Of a stretch of 64,000 bases of DNA, positions 1 to 12,135 are shown piece by piece. Position numbers and translations under genes: made by a program. The first letter of the stretch is position 1, and each line of letters starts with the position of its first letter. The notes below the pieces were generated by a model. It was not told the DNA's origin and did not search any database. It was given only the letters and a program-made list of their open reading frames with translations. The stretch covers positions 496,001 through 560,000 of the forward strand of contig NW_026250409.1 of assembly GCF_024521635.1 (NCBI RefSeq), written 5' to 3'. Origin of the DNA: Tricharina praecox (Eukaryota).

Positions 1-445
1 TCGCCGCGCGGGCCGCCGCATTGGCGTCCTTAACCTTCTCGACCCTCGCCGCTATTTTCTGCTGACGTTTCGACAACGGCGCAGTGGCGACATCTATCCC
101 ACCCGTTCATCAGCACTCTCCCCCTTCCCCATCCCCCTCCCCTTCCCTCTCCCGCACAAGCATCCAGAACGTACCTTCCATAACCACCTCTCCCTTCATC
201 TTCAGCAGCTCCTCAGCGGCAGCGACCTTCTTCCGCTCGGCAGCGTAGAGCTTGTTGCGCTGAACCTTCTTGACGCGCTTGGACGAGACGCCGGCGCCGC
301 GCAGGATCCCCGAGAACTCGGTGCCGATGATGGCGTGCGGCTTGTCGCCGCGCGCCGCGCGAGACTTCGTCCGCAGCGAGGTGCGCTTGTGCGCTAGGTC
401 TCGCCGGTTCGATGTCGTCGGGAGGTTGCAGTTGTGAAGGCCCAT
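1..445 (-). CDS. ALB1: Alb1-like pre-60S ribosome biogenesis factor; 3' end runs off the window. Exons 445-175 and 93-<1
   Basis: ATG at 445. Intron 174-94 (GTACGT...CTGAT...TAG) joins in frame to DVATAPLSKRQQKIAARVEK. The basic N-terminus and the segment SSKRVKKVQRNKLYAAERK resemble yeast Alb1 (LSKKRAKKIERNLKYATQRK), recalled from memory. Confidence 0.65.
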
Positions 446-1524
446 TTTGAATTGTTTGTTGGAGAAGTGGGAGTGGGTTGCTGGTGGGGGTGGTGGAAGG
501 TCGAGATTGGAGGTGGAAGGTCGAGATTGCAGGCGGAAAGTTTTGGGGATTCGACTTTTACACGCAGGGATGCTGGTGGGGAAGCTTTTGGTGCGGAGGT
601 TGCCGAGAGGGCTAGCCGCCTCTGGACGGGCGCGAGTTCGGGGGACGAGTGACTCTTGGTAGGATTATCTGCCTTCTTCGAGACTTGTCGCTCTCCAGTG
701 TTACAGCGCTCCTATTCTCGTCCGGGCTGGCCCATCTGAATGCACAGAACCAGGGTGAATGGCTTCCTAGGCAACCCGGGACGCGTGCTGGAGAAACTAT
801 TTCCTCTTAGACAGCATACCCCGCCTCTCTTTGGTGTTGGCCTTCTCCTCCTCCGTGTGACGATGCCGCGGCCATGGGCATTCGGGCTCCGGATAAATCT
901 GACAACCAAACTATTGTGTACAATCCACCTGCAATGGGGCAGTTTTTACAGTCTATCCGGCAGGGCACTCGGGAGGCTGTGACTGGACGAAATAATGGAT
1001 TCCTTCGAACTTGGACTGGCTTTGACGGTAATTGGTGATGATCTTGTCCCGTTCTTACTGGAGGATGGCCAAGTACCTCGATATGTACCAGTACGGATCT
1101 GTACAGTCAAAGTCCATAGAGCCTGAGAGCACATCACGAAGCGGGTCTGATAGCCCTATATAATATTTTACCATAACAGCCATCCGAAGTGCCCATATCA
1201 CAATTTGCAGTTCCTGCTAAAATTTACGCACCACGGTGTTTCTACGACGAAGTTTTTAAGATGATCTTATTCACGAATCGTCCGCTTCCGAGTGCTGTGC
1301 CATGACGAATCGGTTTCTCCAGGCAGGGAAACTGCCCCACTAAGTGGGGGCGCTGGGCGGGGTTGGTTCAACCTGCACTGCTCCAGTGCCGTGTCAACAG
1401 TGACGGGCCCAAGTTGAGAACATCCCTTGACAACTATAGTTACATAACTGCTCCTCCACCTCCTCCTTCTATCTCCATTCATATCCCGCAGATACAGTAC
1501 CTACCTCCAGTGTCCACCTCAACG

Positions 1525-3060
1525 ATGGAGTACGATACCAGCACCCGTAAGTCCCCCCTATGTAGTTCCATCCTCACCCGTAATGCATGCATGCGTGGCT
1601 AACTCACACTCCGCGCCTACAGCTCCGTACCGGACCTCCGACCAGACCTCGTTCGCATACGTTTCCGCGCGCGATCGGTGGCCCGTGATCCTGACGCAAG
1701 CGATTGACGACGTGTTCCGCACGACGCGCGACCACACGGATCCCGAAAAGATCGCCGAGGGAAAGCGCATCGTCGAGAAGCTGGCAAAGCTCAAATACGA
1801 AGTGCAGCATGACCGGGTTCTGTCGTATGTCTTCCTCGTTCGATGCTGGGGAGTGGATGTAGGAGAAGGGGGTTGCGGATGCTAATGATGATGGTGATGG
1901 TGATGCACAGGCCAATCGAGGATGATGGCGCCGCAGATGTGAAGATATACAATGACGAGCTGGAACAGCTCGGAAGCCCCAAGTGGTTCAATGTCTCCTG
2001 GCTGTACTCCGAATGCTACCTCTACCGCCGCCTGCACTCGTTCTTTGCGCCGACCAAGTACTGGCGCGACTACGACCCGTTCCACGCGCAGAAGAATAGT
2101 ACATTCCGGGCGTCGCTGGCGGCAGTAGTGGAGCTCGCAACGCGGTACAAACAGATCGTTACGGCTTCGCACGATGACAAGGAGGAGGTAGAGGTCGAGA
2201 AAGAAAAGCTACTATTTACGGAGATGATGGAGATCTGTCTGTGGGGCAATGCTACGGATCTGTCGCTGCTCACTTCGCTCACCTACGAGGATATTCAGAA
2301 GCTCCAGGGCTCGAAAGCGCGGAAGGACGCTGAGGCGAATATTCTTGCCAATGATCTGCCCAAGGTCTTTGAAGTTCTACGAAAAGCAAAGGAGTCCGGT
2401 AAGGTGTCCCGGCGGCTGGACATCGTCCTCGACAACTCGGGCTTCGAGCTCTTTGTCGACCTCGTCCTCGCTGGCTATCTCCTCGAGGAAAAGCTAGTCA
2501 CCGAGGTCGTCCTCCACCCCAAGTGCATGCCCTGGTTCGTCAGCGATGTGCTGCCTGAGGACTTCACCGATCTCCTGGCGGCGCTCGAAGACCCGGTCGC
2601 ATACTTCAACGCCAGCGAACTCACCGAGGAGCAGCAAACGGGGCTCAAGTTCCTCCACTCGAACTGGAACGGCTTCTACCAATCCGGCCAGATCCGGCTG
2701 CGCGAAGACCGGTTCTGGACGCTGCCCGGTAGTTACTGGCGACTGCCCGCTGTGGCGCCAGAGCTCTACGAGGAGCTGAAGACGGCAGAGTTGGTGGTTT
2801 TCAAGGGCGACTTGAATTACCGCAAGCTCACCGGCGATGCGGAGTGGGATCCCACCACGCCCTTCGAGGAGGCCATCGGTCCGCTCGGAAAGAAGGACTC
2901 GGGAATGCGCACCCTCGCCCTCAGGACATGTAAGGCCGACGTGGTAGTCGGATTGCCGAAAGGGAAGGATGAGGAGTTGAGGGGAGAGGACGTGCTCTCC
3001 AGGAAGTGGGGGTGGAGCGGCAAGTGGGCTGTCGTGCAGTTTTGGGACGGGAAGGCGTGA
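1525..3060 (+). CDS. DUF89/ARMT1-family damage-control metal-dependent phosphatase (YMR027W-like). Exons 1525-1546, 1623-1824, 1911-3060
   Basis: Motifs RWPVILT, WLYSECYLYRR, LWGNATDLSL, DIVLDNSGFEL, FKGDLNYRKL and LRTCKAD. Two canonical GT-AG introns give a continuous frame. Confidence 0.93.
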
Positions 3061-3624
3061 GTCGCGCGGGGCAGAGGACATCAGCATAGTTACACTAGAG
3101 CAGTAGAGGACATGTGAATAGAGAATCCGTTGCATCTCATCCGTCCGCCCGTAGGCCGTAGGCCCGGGCTGGGCGTCGGGCATTGATCGACGACCCGTGG
3201 TCTGCTTCCATACGTATTAATATTCGCGAGTCACCGCCCGGGCAGTAATCCTCCACCTATCAGCCCTTCGAAGTTCGTACAGTGTTCCCACCAAGCTCTT
3301 TGCAGCCATCATCATTTGACCGGAGAGCGTTAGACAGCGGATTGCCATGTGACAGCGTAGCGCGCATTTGTTTACGCTTGTGAAACGGCTATGGCGGTCG
3401 CACATTCCTACGGTACGTCAGACGGCCCGATGAGCTACCTCGGCATCCCTGGAGCAGGTGCTTGAGCGAGCAGCAGATGTTCGTTCACCACCACCACAGG
3501 TCCACTCCGCGTCCCTGCCATTAATTAGACTGTTAAATATATCTCACCGAGCCCGCGCACTTTCGTGACAGCTTCAGCTTCGGACTCATTCCGATAAATC
3601 CAGCAAGCAAGCAAGCAAGCAGCC

Positions 3625-5154
3625 ATGGCTATCACAACGATGACGCAGACGACGTAAGTCGTGTTGAACACCTTCTTCATGGAGGAGGAACGTCACTAAC
3701 TGAAGAGCAATAGTATGAAGCCCCCGCCAAAGGAGTCAGTCACGATCACCGACAACCGCACGGGCAAGACCATCATCGTGCCAATCACCAACAACTCGAT
3801 TCCCGCGGTCGCCTTCAAAGCGCTCAAGACGACCCCCGCCATCAGCAGTGACAGCATCGACACCGATGACACGGCGAACGGCATCCGGGTCTTCGACCCG
3901 GCCTTCCTGAACACGGCCGCGATCTCCAGCAAGATCACCTTCATCGACGGCGACCGCGGCTTCCTCATGCACCGCGGCTACCCGATCGAGCAGCTCGCCG
4001 AGAAATCCGACTTCCTCGAGACCGCCTACCTGCTGATCTACGGGCGCCTCCCAGACAAGAAGCAGGACAGCACGTGGCGCTACGAGGTGATGCACCACAC
4101 CGAGATCTCCGAGGACGTGAAGAAGGTGATCGGCAGCATGCGATACGACTCGCACCCGATGTCAGTGTTCATCTCCGCATTCGCGGCTTTGGGCGCCTTC
4201 GCGCCCGAAGCCAACCCTGCACTGCAGGGGCGAAACCTGTACATCCAGAACAAAGACGTGATGAACAAGAACATCATCCGGATCCTGGGGAAGGCGGGGA
4301 CTGTGGCCGCGGCATCGATGCGGCTGCGCATGAACCGCCCGCTGATCCCGCCGCGCGCCGACTACTCCTACTGCGAGAACCTGCTGTACATGATGGACTC
4401 GCAGAGCGAGGCTGAGAACTACCGGCCCGACCCGCGGCTTGTGCGCGCCCTCGACATCCTCTTCATCCTCCACGCCGACCACGAGATGAACTGCTCCACA
4501 GCGACGATGACACACGTGGGCTCGTCGCTGGTGGACCCGTACTCCGCGATTGCCGCGAGCGCCGCGGCGCTATACGGCCCGCTGCACGGCGGCGCAAACG
4601 AGGCCGTCATCCGCATGGTCGAGAAAATCGGCACGGTGGACAACGTCCTGCCGTTCCTGGAGAAGGTCAAGGCGAAGAAGGAGCTGCTGTTCGGCTTCGG
4701 CCACCGCGTCTACCGCAATACCGATCCGCGCTCCAAGATCATCCGCGAAGTTGCCGAGACCGTCTTTGAGGCGTGCGGCAGGGAGCCGCTGATCGAGGTT
4801 GCTACTGCCCTACGTGACGCCGCGCTTAAGGACGACTTCTTCGTCTCCCGCAGGCTCTACCCTAACGTCGACTTCTGGAGCGGGCTGATCTATAAGGCGC
4901 TTGGCTTCCCGCTCGATTTCTTTCCCATCCTGTTTGCCGTCCCCCGTGTGGCCGGCTGGCTGGCCCACTGGAAGCAGATGCTGGACCATGGAAACGGCAA
5001 GATCTGGAGGCCCAGACAGGTGTATGTCGGTGAGGGATTGAGGGACTATGTTCCCATCGAGAAGAGGGCCGAGATTGAGGTCTCGAAGGATCAGGATGGT
5101 GTGCTGGAGTTGCCGCATTACCAGACTAAAAGACGGCTGGGGGCGAAGTTGTAA
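3625..5154 (+). CDS. Citrate synthase, plant/Dictyostelium peroxisomal type, with PTS1 (-AKL). Exons 3625-3653, 3714-5154
   Basis: Catalytic motifs LHADHEMNCST, GPLHGGANE, GFGHRVY and YPNVDF are intact. The ANPALQG insert is typical of glyoxysomal citrate synthases. C-terminus is AKL*. Intron GTAAGT...CTAAC...TAG. Confidence 0.92.
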
Positions 5155-5382
5155 AATGGACATGAACATGCAGGCGGTGTAGGATTACTTTGTATTTCTT
5201 TTTTTCTCTTTTTTCTTCCGAATGCTTTTCTTCGTTTCTTCATTTCTTCGTGTATTTGGATATCCAGGCTATTTTTATTTCTATGGAGTACAATTCGTAT
5301 CATTACAGTGAGCCGCTCAATGCTATCACATGTGCCATCAATCTTCACAATCTTCAGTCTATCGGCCAACCAAACCAGTCTC

Positions 5383-7083
5383 TCACCACCTCCGTTTCTT
5401 CTTCTTATCCGGCTCCTCCTCTTCCTCCTCCTCCTCAGGCTCGGCATAAATAGTCGTCGGCTGATTCTTCTTCCACGCACCAGTGAACATAGGATCCTTC
5501 TCCGCCTTATCCGCGTACTTCAGCAGCGCCTCACGGGGGTCCTCATCGCGCATCGAGCTCAACATGATGCTGTTGCGAATATGTTCCTGATCTGGCTGAC
5601 TCTTGCCCCAAGGGGTGATAGCAGGCATCGCCGGGCGGCGAGCATCATTAGCGCTGCGCTTCGATTTCGGCTGTGAGGGGACCATGATGGCGTCGCCGGA
5701 GATGGCGGCGGCGTCGGTGGTCAGCGAGGCGTCGTCGTCGATGTGCCGTTTCCGCAGGGGAGCCTCGAGGACGGTCTTGGCGCCCTTGGTCGACGCCGTC
5801 GGCGAGAAGAGGATGTGGACGCTCCCACCGGCGGTGCCGAGCAGGAGCTGGTTCAGCCGCGTGTGGTGCGTGAGCGAGACGATGGGCGAGGCGGAGATGG
5901 CGTGGGTTTCGCTCGAGGTCAGGGTTGCGGCTGACAGCACGTGCAGGTTGCCAGAGGCATCGCCGGTTAGGAGCGAGGTATTGTTGTTGGAGAAGATCAG
6001 CGCGGTTTCGGGATGGTGCGGCGTCGGGAAGGCAGTGCGCGTTGCGAGCGGCGTCTTCAGCTTGCGCGTGTCCCACAGCTTGACGGTCTGGTCCTGGCCT
6101 CGTGTGGCGAGTAATCGCCCGTCGCCGGAGAAGGCGATCCCGCCGGTCCAGGTTTCCGCCTGGTGTGCGCCGCGGACCTCCATAGCTGGTCGAGAGAACG
6201 GGCCGTTCCCCGGGTAGATCACCAGTGATCCGTCGAGCGCTACACTCGCCAGCATGCTCTTTGCGCCTTCCTGCGGCGCCGCCCACGCCAGACAACACAT
6301 CCTGCTCCGGCCGCCCTTCGACTTGCTCTTGTGTACCATGATCTCCTTATGATGGCGCTTGTGATTGACGTCCCACATGCGGATGGTGCTATCCGCCGAC
6401 GCTGTAGCGCAGACATTGATATCCGTTGGATGCCACATTCCCGCCGTGATCTCAGCCACATGTCCCTTCGTATTGTGCATATCTCTCAGATACATATCGC
6501 CCTTGACGAACTCGACGCTCTCGTGTCCGTCGCGCGTGTAGATCTTCGCCTGCGGAGCGGCAGGACAGATAAGGATACTCTGTCCCGAGTCGAGCTGCGA
6601 GAATTTCGCCGCGTGAACATGGTGCGATCCACCGGTCGGCTCGATGGTACGGAATGCGTGCAGGTGGTCCATGGACATCGAGCTGAAGTCATAGAGCTTC
6701 AGTGAGCAATCGTGGGAAGCTGTGGCAATGCGACTGCCGGATGGGTCTAGTGAGATGCTGGAGACGGCCTTGCTGTGGGCTTTGAGCTCGAGCGAATGCG
6801 AGACTGGAAACTCATCGTCGTCCGAGTCCGAGTCATCGTCGTCCGAGTCATCGTCCGAATCGTCGGCTTTGTCCTTGGGCGCTTTGGGTGGCGGTAGTGG
6901 TATTCGGCGCGCTTTCGAGTAGATGTCATCGAAGTCGCGTGCCGTGTCCTGTCGTCCAAACGAAGAGGGGAGGTAATTGCGTAATGGGTCGTCGGCGCTC
7001 AGTTGCAGTTGCTCCGTCTCAACCTCAAAGTCCTCTTCCTCCTCTTCTTCTTCGCCGGGGAGCTGTTTTAATGGTTTAGACAT
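5383..7083 (-). CDS. WDR70: WD40-repeat protein of the WDR70/GAD-1 family
   Basis: Motifs EFVKGDMYLRDMHNTKGHVAEIT and SMRDEDPREALLKYA, plus several WD repeats and acidic termini. Likely start is MSKPLK at 7083. Confidence 0.85.
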   Translation of the reverse strand: MSKPLKQLPGEEEEEEEDFEVETEQLQLSADDPLRNYLPSSFGRQDTARDFDDIYSKARRIPLPPPKAPKDKADDSDDDSDDDDSDSDDDEFPVSHSLELKAHSKAVSSISLDPSGSRIATASHDCSLKLYDFSSMSMDHLHAFRTIEPTGGSHHVHAAKFSQLDSGQSILICPAAPQAKIYTRDGHESVEFVKGDMYLRDMHNTKGHVAEITAGMWHPTDINVCATASADSTIRMWDVNHKRHHKEIMVHKSKSKGGRSRMCCLAWAAPQEGAKSMLASVALDGSLVIYPGNGPFSRPAMEVRGAHQAETWTGGIAFSGDGRLLATRGQDQTVKLWDTRKLKTPLATRTAFPTPHHPETALIFSNNNTSLLTGDASGNLHVLSAATLTSSETHAISASPIVSLTHHTRLNQLLLGTAGGSVHILFSPTASTKGAKTVLEAPLRKRHIDDDASLTTDAAAISGDAIMVPSQPKSKRSANDARRPAMPAITPWGKSQPDQEHIRNSIMLSSMRDEDPREALLKYADKAEKDPMFTGAWKKNQPTTIYAEPEEEEEEEEPDKKKKRRW

Positions 7084-7275
7084 GGTGTGTTCTGTGTGTT
7101 GCGAGATAGCTTGCTTGCTCGCCTTACCGCGACAAGCTATAATCGGCCCTCTGACGAAACACGCCAATGGCAGCCGGGTAAACGACGGTTCCAACAGGCC
7201 CAACTCCGCAACCTCCGACGCCGCCGCTCACCCGCCAATCCGATCTCCACAATCCCCCTCGACGACGCGCACACA

Positions 7276-7607
7276 ATGGATCCACGTAACTACAACGCCG
7301 CAAAGACCTTCTCGGCGAAGACCTTCGACCCCAAGATCCTGCTCGAGCAGAAGCCCGGCCGGGTAGACCCGTGGACAAGAGCGTTTGTTTCCCCCTGCTA
7401 CCACCACCACAGCTGCGATCAGTCGCTGATGCATGTCTCTGCTGCTACAGTGAGGCGTGGCGCTACAGCGGCCCCTTTACCCGCTGGAACCGCTTCAAGG
7501 GCTCATTCCCCGGCCTCGGAATCGCGACAGTGGCGTTCGCCGGCTACTGCGTGTATGAACAGCTATTCATGAAGGATGACCACCATCACGACGAGGGCCA
7601 TCATTAA
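7276..7607 (+). CDS. NDUFB3: NADH:ubiquinone oxidoreductase B12 subunit (NB2M/NDUFB3). Exons 7276-7382, 7451-7607
   Basis: Spliced product reads DPWTRAEAWRYSGPFTRWNRFKGSFPGLGIATVAFAGYCVYE with a His-rich tail, which is the B12 signature. Confidence 0.92.
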
Positions 7608-9024
7608 GCTAGCGGCGGGGGTTGGGGCGTAGGCGAGGCCGATTGTTGAGGGGGGAGTGGGGAAGGAATAGCTGTTGAAGGTGGACTCGGAAGAAGACCG
7701 CCAAAATGGGCAGCTGTGGATTTCTGTACATCAGACTTCTTTTTCTCTAGAACTGTTGTTTCCGTCCCAGAGCTCGAAACGGTCGTTCGATCCGGGCAAA
7801 CATCGGCTAGTGACAGACAAACAGTCGACTGTCATTTTACCGTGTCCGTGACTTACCGGTTGGTGAAAAGTGATGGATGAACACTCATTCCGCAAGTTGA
7901 GTAAGCACGAGTGCGTCAGTAAACACATGTAGGTACTAGTACTATTAGGTATTCCCGTCCTCTCTCATGAGGACTCGTTCGTTGGTTCGGAGTCGGAGTC
8001 GGAGATCATTGATGGGGGTAACTAGAGTGGAGTGTGTCGAGTATGATACCTACCGTAGGACTTGTGATGTGATGTGATGTGGGAACTTCTTGACTCACCT
8101 CCCGCTCATCGATATCCGCCACTGGTGCGCCATGCAACCTGAGCCGGTCATCTTGGCTAGATAGGAATTATGCAACCGGCGGTTTCCCACCTGGACACGG
8201 CTGACACACACTGGAATGTATTCTCACGGACAAGGCTCTGGAATTGACGTGAACTGCGGACGGGCAAAGAAGGCAGAGACTCGAAGTGCTCAACAGCTGT
8301 GAATGGTGAACTGTGAACCGCCTCCGAACACAAGTCCGCAGTACTGTCGGGCATGGCTTTCCCCCAGCTAAGCCACAGTATCGCCATCTCCCGCCCAGCC
8401 CACGCGATCGCATAGACGCATGGATCAGTCTAGAGTTATGTAGTTACCGAGATCACATCCCAGTCCTGTTTCCTGTCTAGAGCAGTGTAACCTCTGACTC
8501 TTACCCAACTCACCACCCAAAAAACACAAAGCGAAGCAAGCACACAGCCGCCATCCGCTATGGTGGCCGGGATGGCGTCCTCCGCGCGCCGGATGTTTGT
8601 TTGTCTTTGTCAGGAGACGACCGATAGAAGACCGGGAGGAGGTGGGACTCACTTGCTCGCTCACAGAGTCACCCGAGCTGAGTGGGTGGAGGTGCTGGTG
8701 GTGGTGGTGGGTATAAGATCGTTGCTGTGGCCCCGCTGTGGCTTTCCCTTCGAGCTTCCTCCCTGATAGCTGAAATATCCACCTCCTTCCACCACCTTCT
8801 ACCAACTTAACTCAACTCTATCTACGCACTCACCGACCGCTACTACTACTCCTCCTACTACTGCGGTGATCACCGTCCGTCAGCTGCAGGTACCCGCCGA
8901 GCTCGATATAAACCCCCAGCTACCCAAACACCTCCAGCCTTCCTCAGAACCAGCAAGACCGCCGCAACCCTCACCATCACCACCACCACCACCTCAATCA
9001 CAACCGCAACCACAACCAGACACA

Positions 9025-9770
9025 ATGGGAATCGTACCAACCCTGCACTTCCAGCGCACTCCCGCCAAGCGTCGTCCGGGCATGTCCACCACCTCCTCCT
9101 CCGCGCAGCCTCAGCACCAGCCACCCAAGCCACGAAACGAGTAAGTACTAAGTCCCCCTCCCCCGGCCCCCTGTCCCATCACAGTCTATCACCCCCTCTG
9201 ACTCACACTGTGACCAGCCCGACAATACACCTGTACATCGGGTCCACGGTGCCACCCATCTATATGTCGACGTCGCAGTCGCACCTGACGCGGGCGTCGC
9301 GCACGCTGCACCGACATCTGCGCGCGCAGGTTCCCAACCGTCGCGAATACGAGTCGCGCGACAAGACGATGATGATGCGCAACGAGGCTGCGGCGACGGT
9401 CGCACGGTTCCTCGAGTTCCTGGAGCGCGGGAGTTACACAGTTTCTAGCGATGCGGAGGGCGACGAGGTCAGGGTCCATCTTAGGATGTATGTCTTTGCG
9501 GTCAAGTATGAGGTGCCGAGGCTGGCGGGCTATGCTAGGCGCAGGGCTGGCGCGGTGTTGGAGCGTATGGTTGCTGCGGGAGATGGGGATGTGCTTGAGA
9601 TTGGAACGGCGGATACGAGGGAGAGGGAGGGGAAGGGCGGGGAGGTCGTCTGGGCGGGCGTTTGCGCGGTTGTTCTTAAGGGCGTCGAGGAGCAGGAGAG
9701 GTCGGTCCTCAAAGAGGTGCTGGGGAAGCTGGTGGCGCCATTTATTTGGCGTGCTAGTGGTGCGTGGTAA
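9025..9770 (+). CDS. Small fungal BTB/POZ-like domain protein. Exons 9025-9140, 9218-9770
   Basis: Intron GTAAGT...CTGAC...CAG joins the two ORFs in frame. FLEFLERGSY and HLRMYVFAVKYEVPRLAGYA match the pattern of fungal BTB C-terminal helices. Confidence 0.7.
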
Positions 9771-10943
9771 TGTGCATAGTCAATTCGATTGTTTATTCTC
9801 TTGGAGGATCAGTAAGTATGTAGCGAGTGAGTATCTTCATTCCGTTGTTGCTTGTGAGCGAGGTGCACGGGTGGGGTGAATGGAGTTGATGATATTACTG
9901 ACAGCCTCGCGCAAACAATGGGCTCTTCGAAGCCCCGTCGATTAAGCGCGGTGCATGCCTACATTGTACCCCAATTCATCGCTCTCCGCCGTAATCGAAG
10001 CTGTTTCGCCCCCGCCAGAGTCAGCTCTTTTGGCTGTGGCGCCCTAGCGCCACCATCGAGACTCTATTAAAGCTTGCGCAGTACTATTAGTACTACCAGA
10101 TAAGCCTAGTGTTGGATATTGGCGTACATTGGGGCAACAAGGCAAGCACCGCGGCTGTTGAGGGTTCGAGATTTGAGGCTTGAGGTGTTCGCCTTGTTGC
10201 CCAGCCAATTGAGACAAAGTGAGTCGAGTGCTGGCATCATTCACCCTTTGGTATTTCGCACCCCAGTTAAGTCATGGTTTTAAGTTGTGCTTGGTGGTAG
10301 GGGATGCTCGCTGACAGGGTAGCGTCACGAAATACCCAGAGCGTCACCATGTGAAAACCCATGAGTAACCCGTAGCTACCCGCCACCGCCTTCTCTTTCT
10401 GGGTGCCGAATGAGCCATTCCCGCCACGAGTGTAAGGTATGACCCATGTCGCTTGGTGATTTTTTTTCTCTGTTTGGTTGTTGATTGATTGTGTGTCTCT
10501 TGATGACCGCAGATGAGAGCGAGCAAGTGAGACACCAAGAACCGAGTGACCGATGGTGTAGGAGTGCGTGACGTTTCCAAGCCAGGCCCAATCTCCGTAA
10601 TCCATCTCTGCGCCCAGCTAGTCCTCCCAAGCGTCTCCGCCAGTAATTTTGTGTGTGTACATGGTGCCGCCAGCCACCACCTGACGCGAGGGCGGAGCAG
10701 CAACCTTAAACACTCACCCACTCGGCCCGAGCATCCCGTGTTATCCGTCCGCGTAAGCACTGGCATGGCGGCGGCAGCAGCCAGCCAGCCCTGACGTCGG
10801 CGTGTAGTGCACTCCAGTACGGTATATCAATACCAGTCGATCTCCCCCCCTCTCTCCCCGAGCTTATTGATATCTACAATTCCAAAAAAAAACCGCCCCT
10901 TCGAAGCCAACCGAAAACGATCCCGCCACCACCACCCTAAGAA

Positions 10944-11299
10944 ATGTCCTACCCTCCGCAACAACAGCAGTACGGCTACGGCGCCCCGCCGCCCCCACAG
11001 CAGGCCTATATGCAGCAGCCAATGTATTATCCGCCGCAGGGACAGCAGCAGTATGCGGCACCCATGCAGCAGGCGCCGCCACAGAAGGAGCGCGGGTTCA
11101 TTGCGGGAATGTAAGTGCTCCAACAACTTACGGCGAGTGAGAGGATGAAGGATTGGAAGCTGATGTGCTCCTGCAGTTTGGCGGCGATTTGTTGTTGCTG
11201 CGCTTGTGATACTTGTATCGATTGTTGCGAGGTAAATCAATCCTTGGTTGGCTGGAAGGTGAAGGGACCATTGCTGACTGGATGTAGTGTTGTTGCTAG
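10944..11299 (+). CDS. CYSTM (cysteine-rich transmembrane module) tail-anchored protein. Exons 10944-11110, 11177-11231, 11288-11299
   Basis: Spliced product is MSYPPQQQQYGYGAPPPPQQAYMQQPMYYPPQGQQQYAAPMQQAPPQKERGFIAGILAAICCCCACDTCIDCCECCC*. It has a P/Q/Y-rich head and a Cys-rich tail, with two GT-AG introns carrying CTGAY branch points. Confidence 0.9.
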
Positions 11300-11701
11300 T
11301 AACGATAACGAGAAGGAGAACGGGGAGGAGGAGGAGGAGGATGAATTGCTGGCTCAGATGTCCGGACTGCTTGTACCAACCATTGGCGTTATTTGCTATT
11401 ATCGAATTAATATTTTATGACAACTGTCCTCCACGCTCATGATCGATGTTCGGGTGCACTTCCAGCTGGGAACTCGGTCTGTGCATCATCCCCGACCAGC
11501 TCGGTAACCATAACCTTCGCCGATACCGATACCGATACCGATGTCACGGACAATGCTATGAACGGGCCCGGACCACGGACCACCAACCCCCAACTTCCAT
11601 TCAAACAACTCCCCCGCTCTCCTGCACATCCACCAGCTACCTACCTACCCAAGTAGGTATCCCGTCTATAGGTACCCCGTAACCCACCGTCCATATCCAC
11701 A

Positions 11702-12135
11702 ATGCAAGACCCGCACCGAACCATCGACAACGACGAGGACGAGGACGCACCCTGGCGTGCAAGCACAGAGACTGTTCCTCCCCCCAAGCCCCCCCAAGCC
11801 CCTCCAGCCCCTCCAGCCCTCCATCAACCATCTAACACCCACAGGCACCGCCCCAATACACCCCTCGCAAACCGGCGCATTACTCCAGCACCGAGACGCA
11901 CCCATATCCGGATCGAGATCCGCCAGCGTACGCTCCACATCATCCTCCTCCTCCTTTTTCTCCTCCTCCCAGCACGAGCCCGAGCAGCACCACGACCATG
12001 ACCGCGACTACAACGGCGTATACGGCCAAATATGCGAGGAGAGGGAATTGTCTGCTCGGCCTGTGCATCGTCATGATCGTTGCCGGAGGGGGCATGGTGC
12101 TGGCTGGATTGTGCTATTCCGGAGAGAGTTCGTGA
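11702..12135 (+). CDS. Putative ~115-aa proline-rich tail-anchored membrane protein with PY motifs. Exons 11702-11758, 11845-12135 (GC-AG intron)
   Basis: Acceptor CTAAC...CAG at 11844 opens the frame APPQYTPRKPAHYSS...DPPAY...RRGNCLLGLCIVMIVAGGGMVLAGLCYSGESS*. A GCAAGC donor at 11759 joins it in phase 0 to MQDPHRTIDNDEDEDAPWR. Confidence 0.55.
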
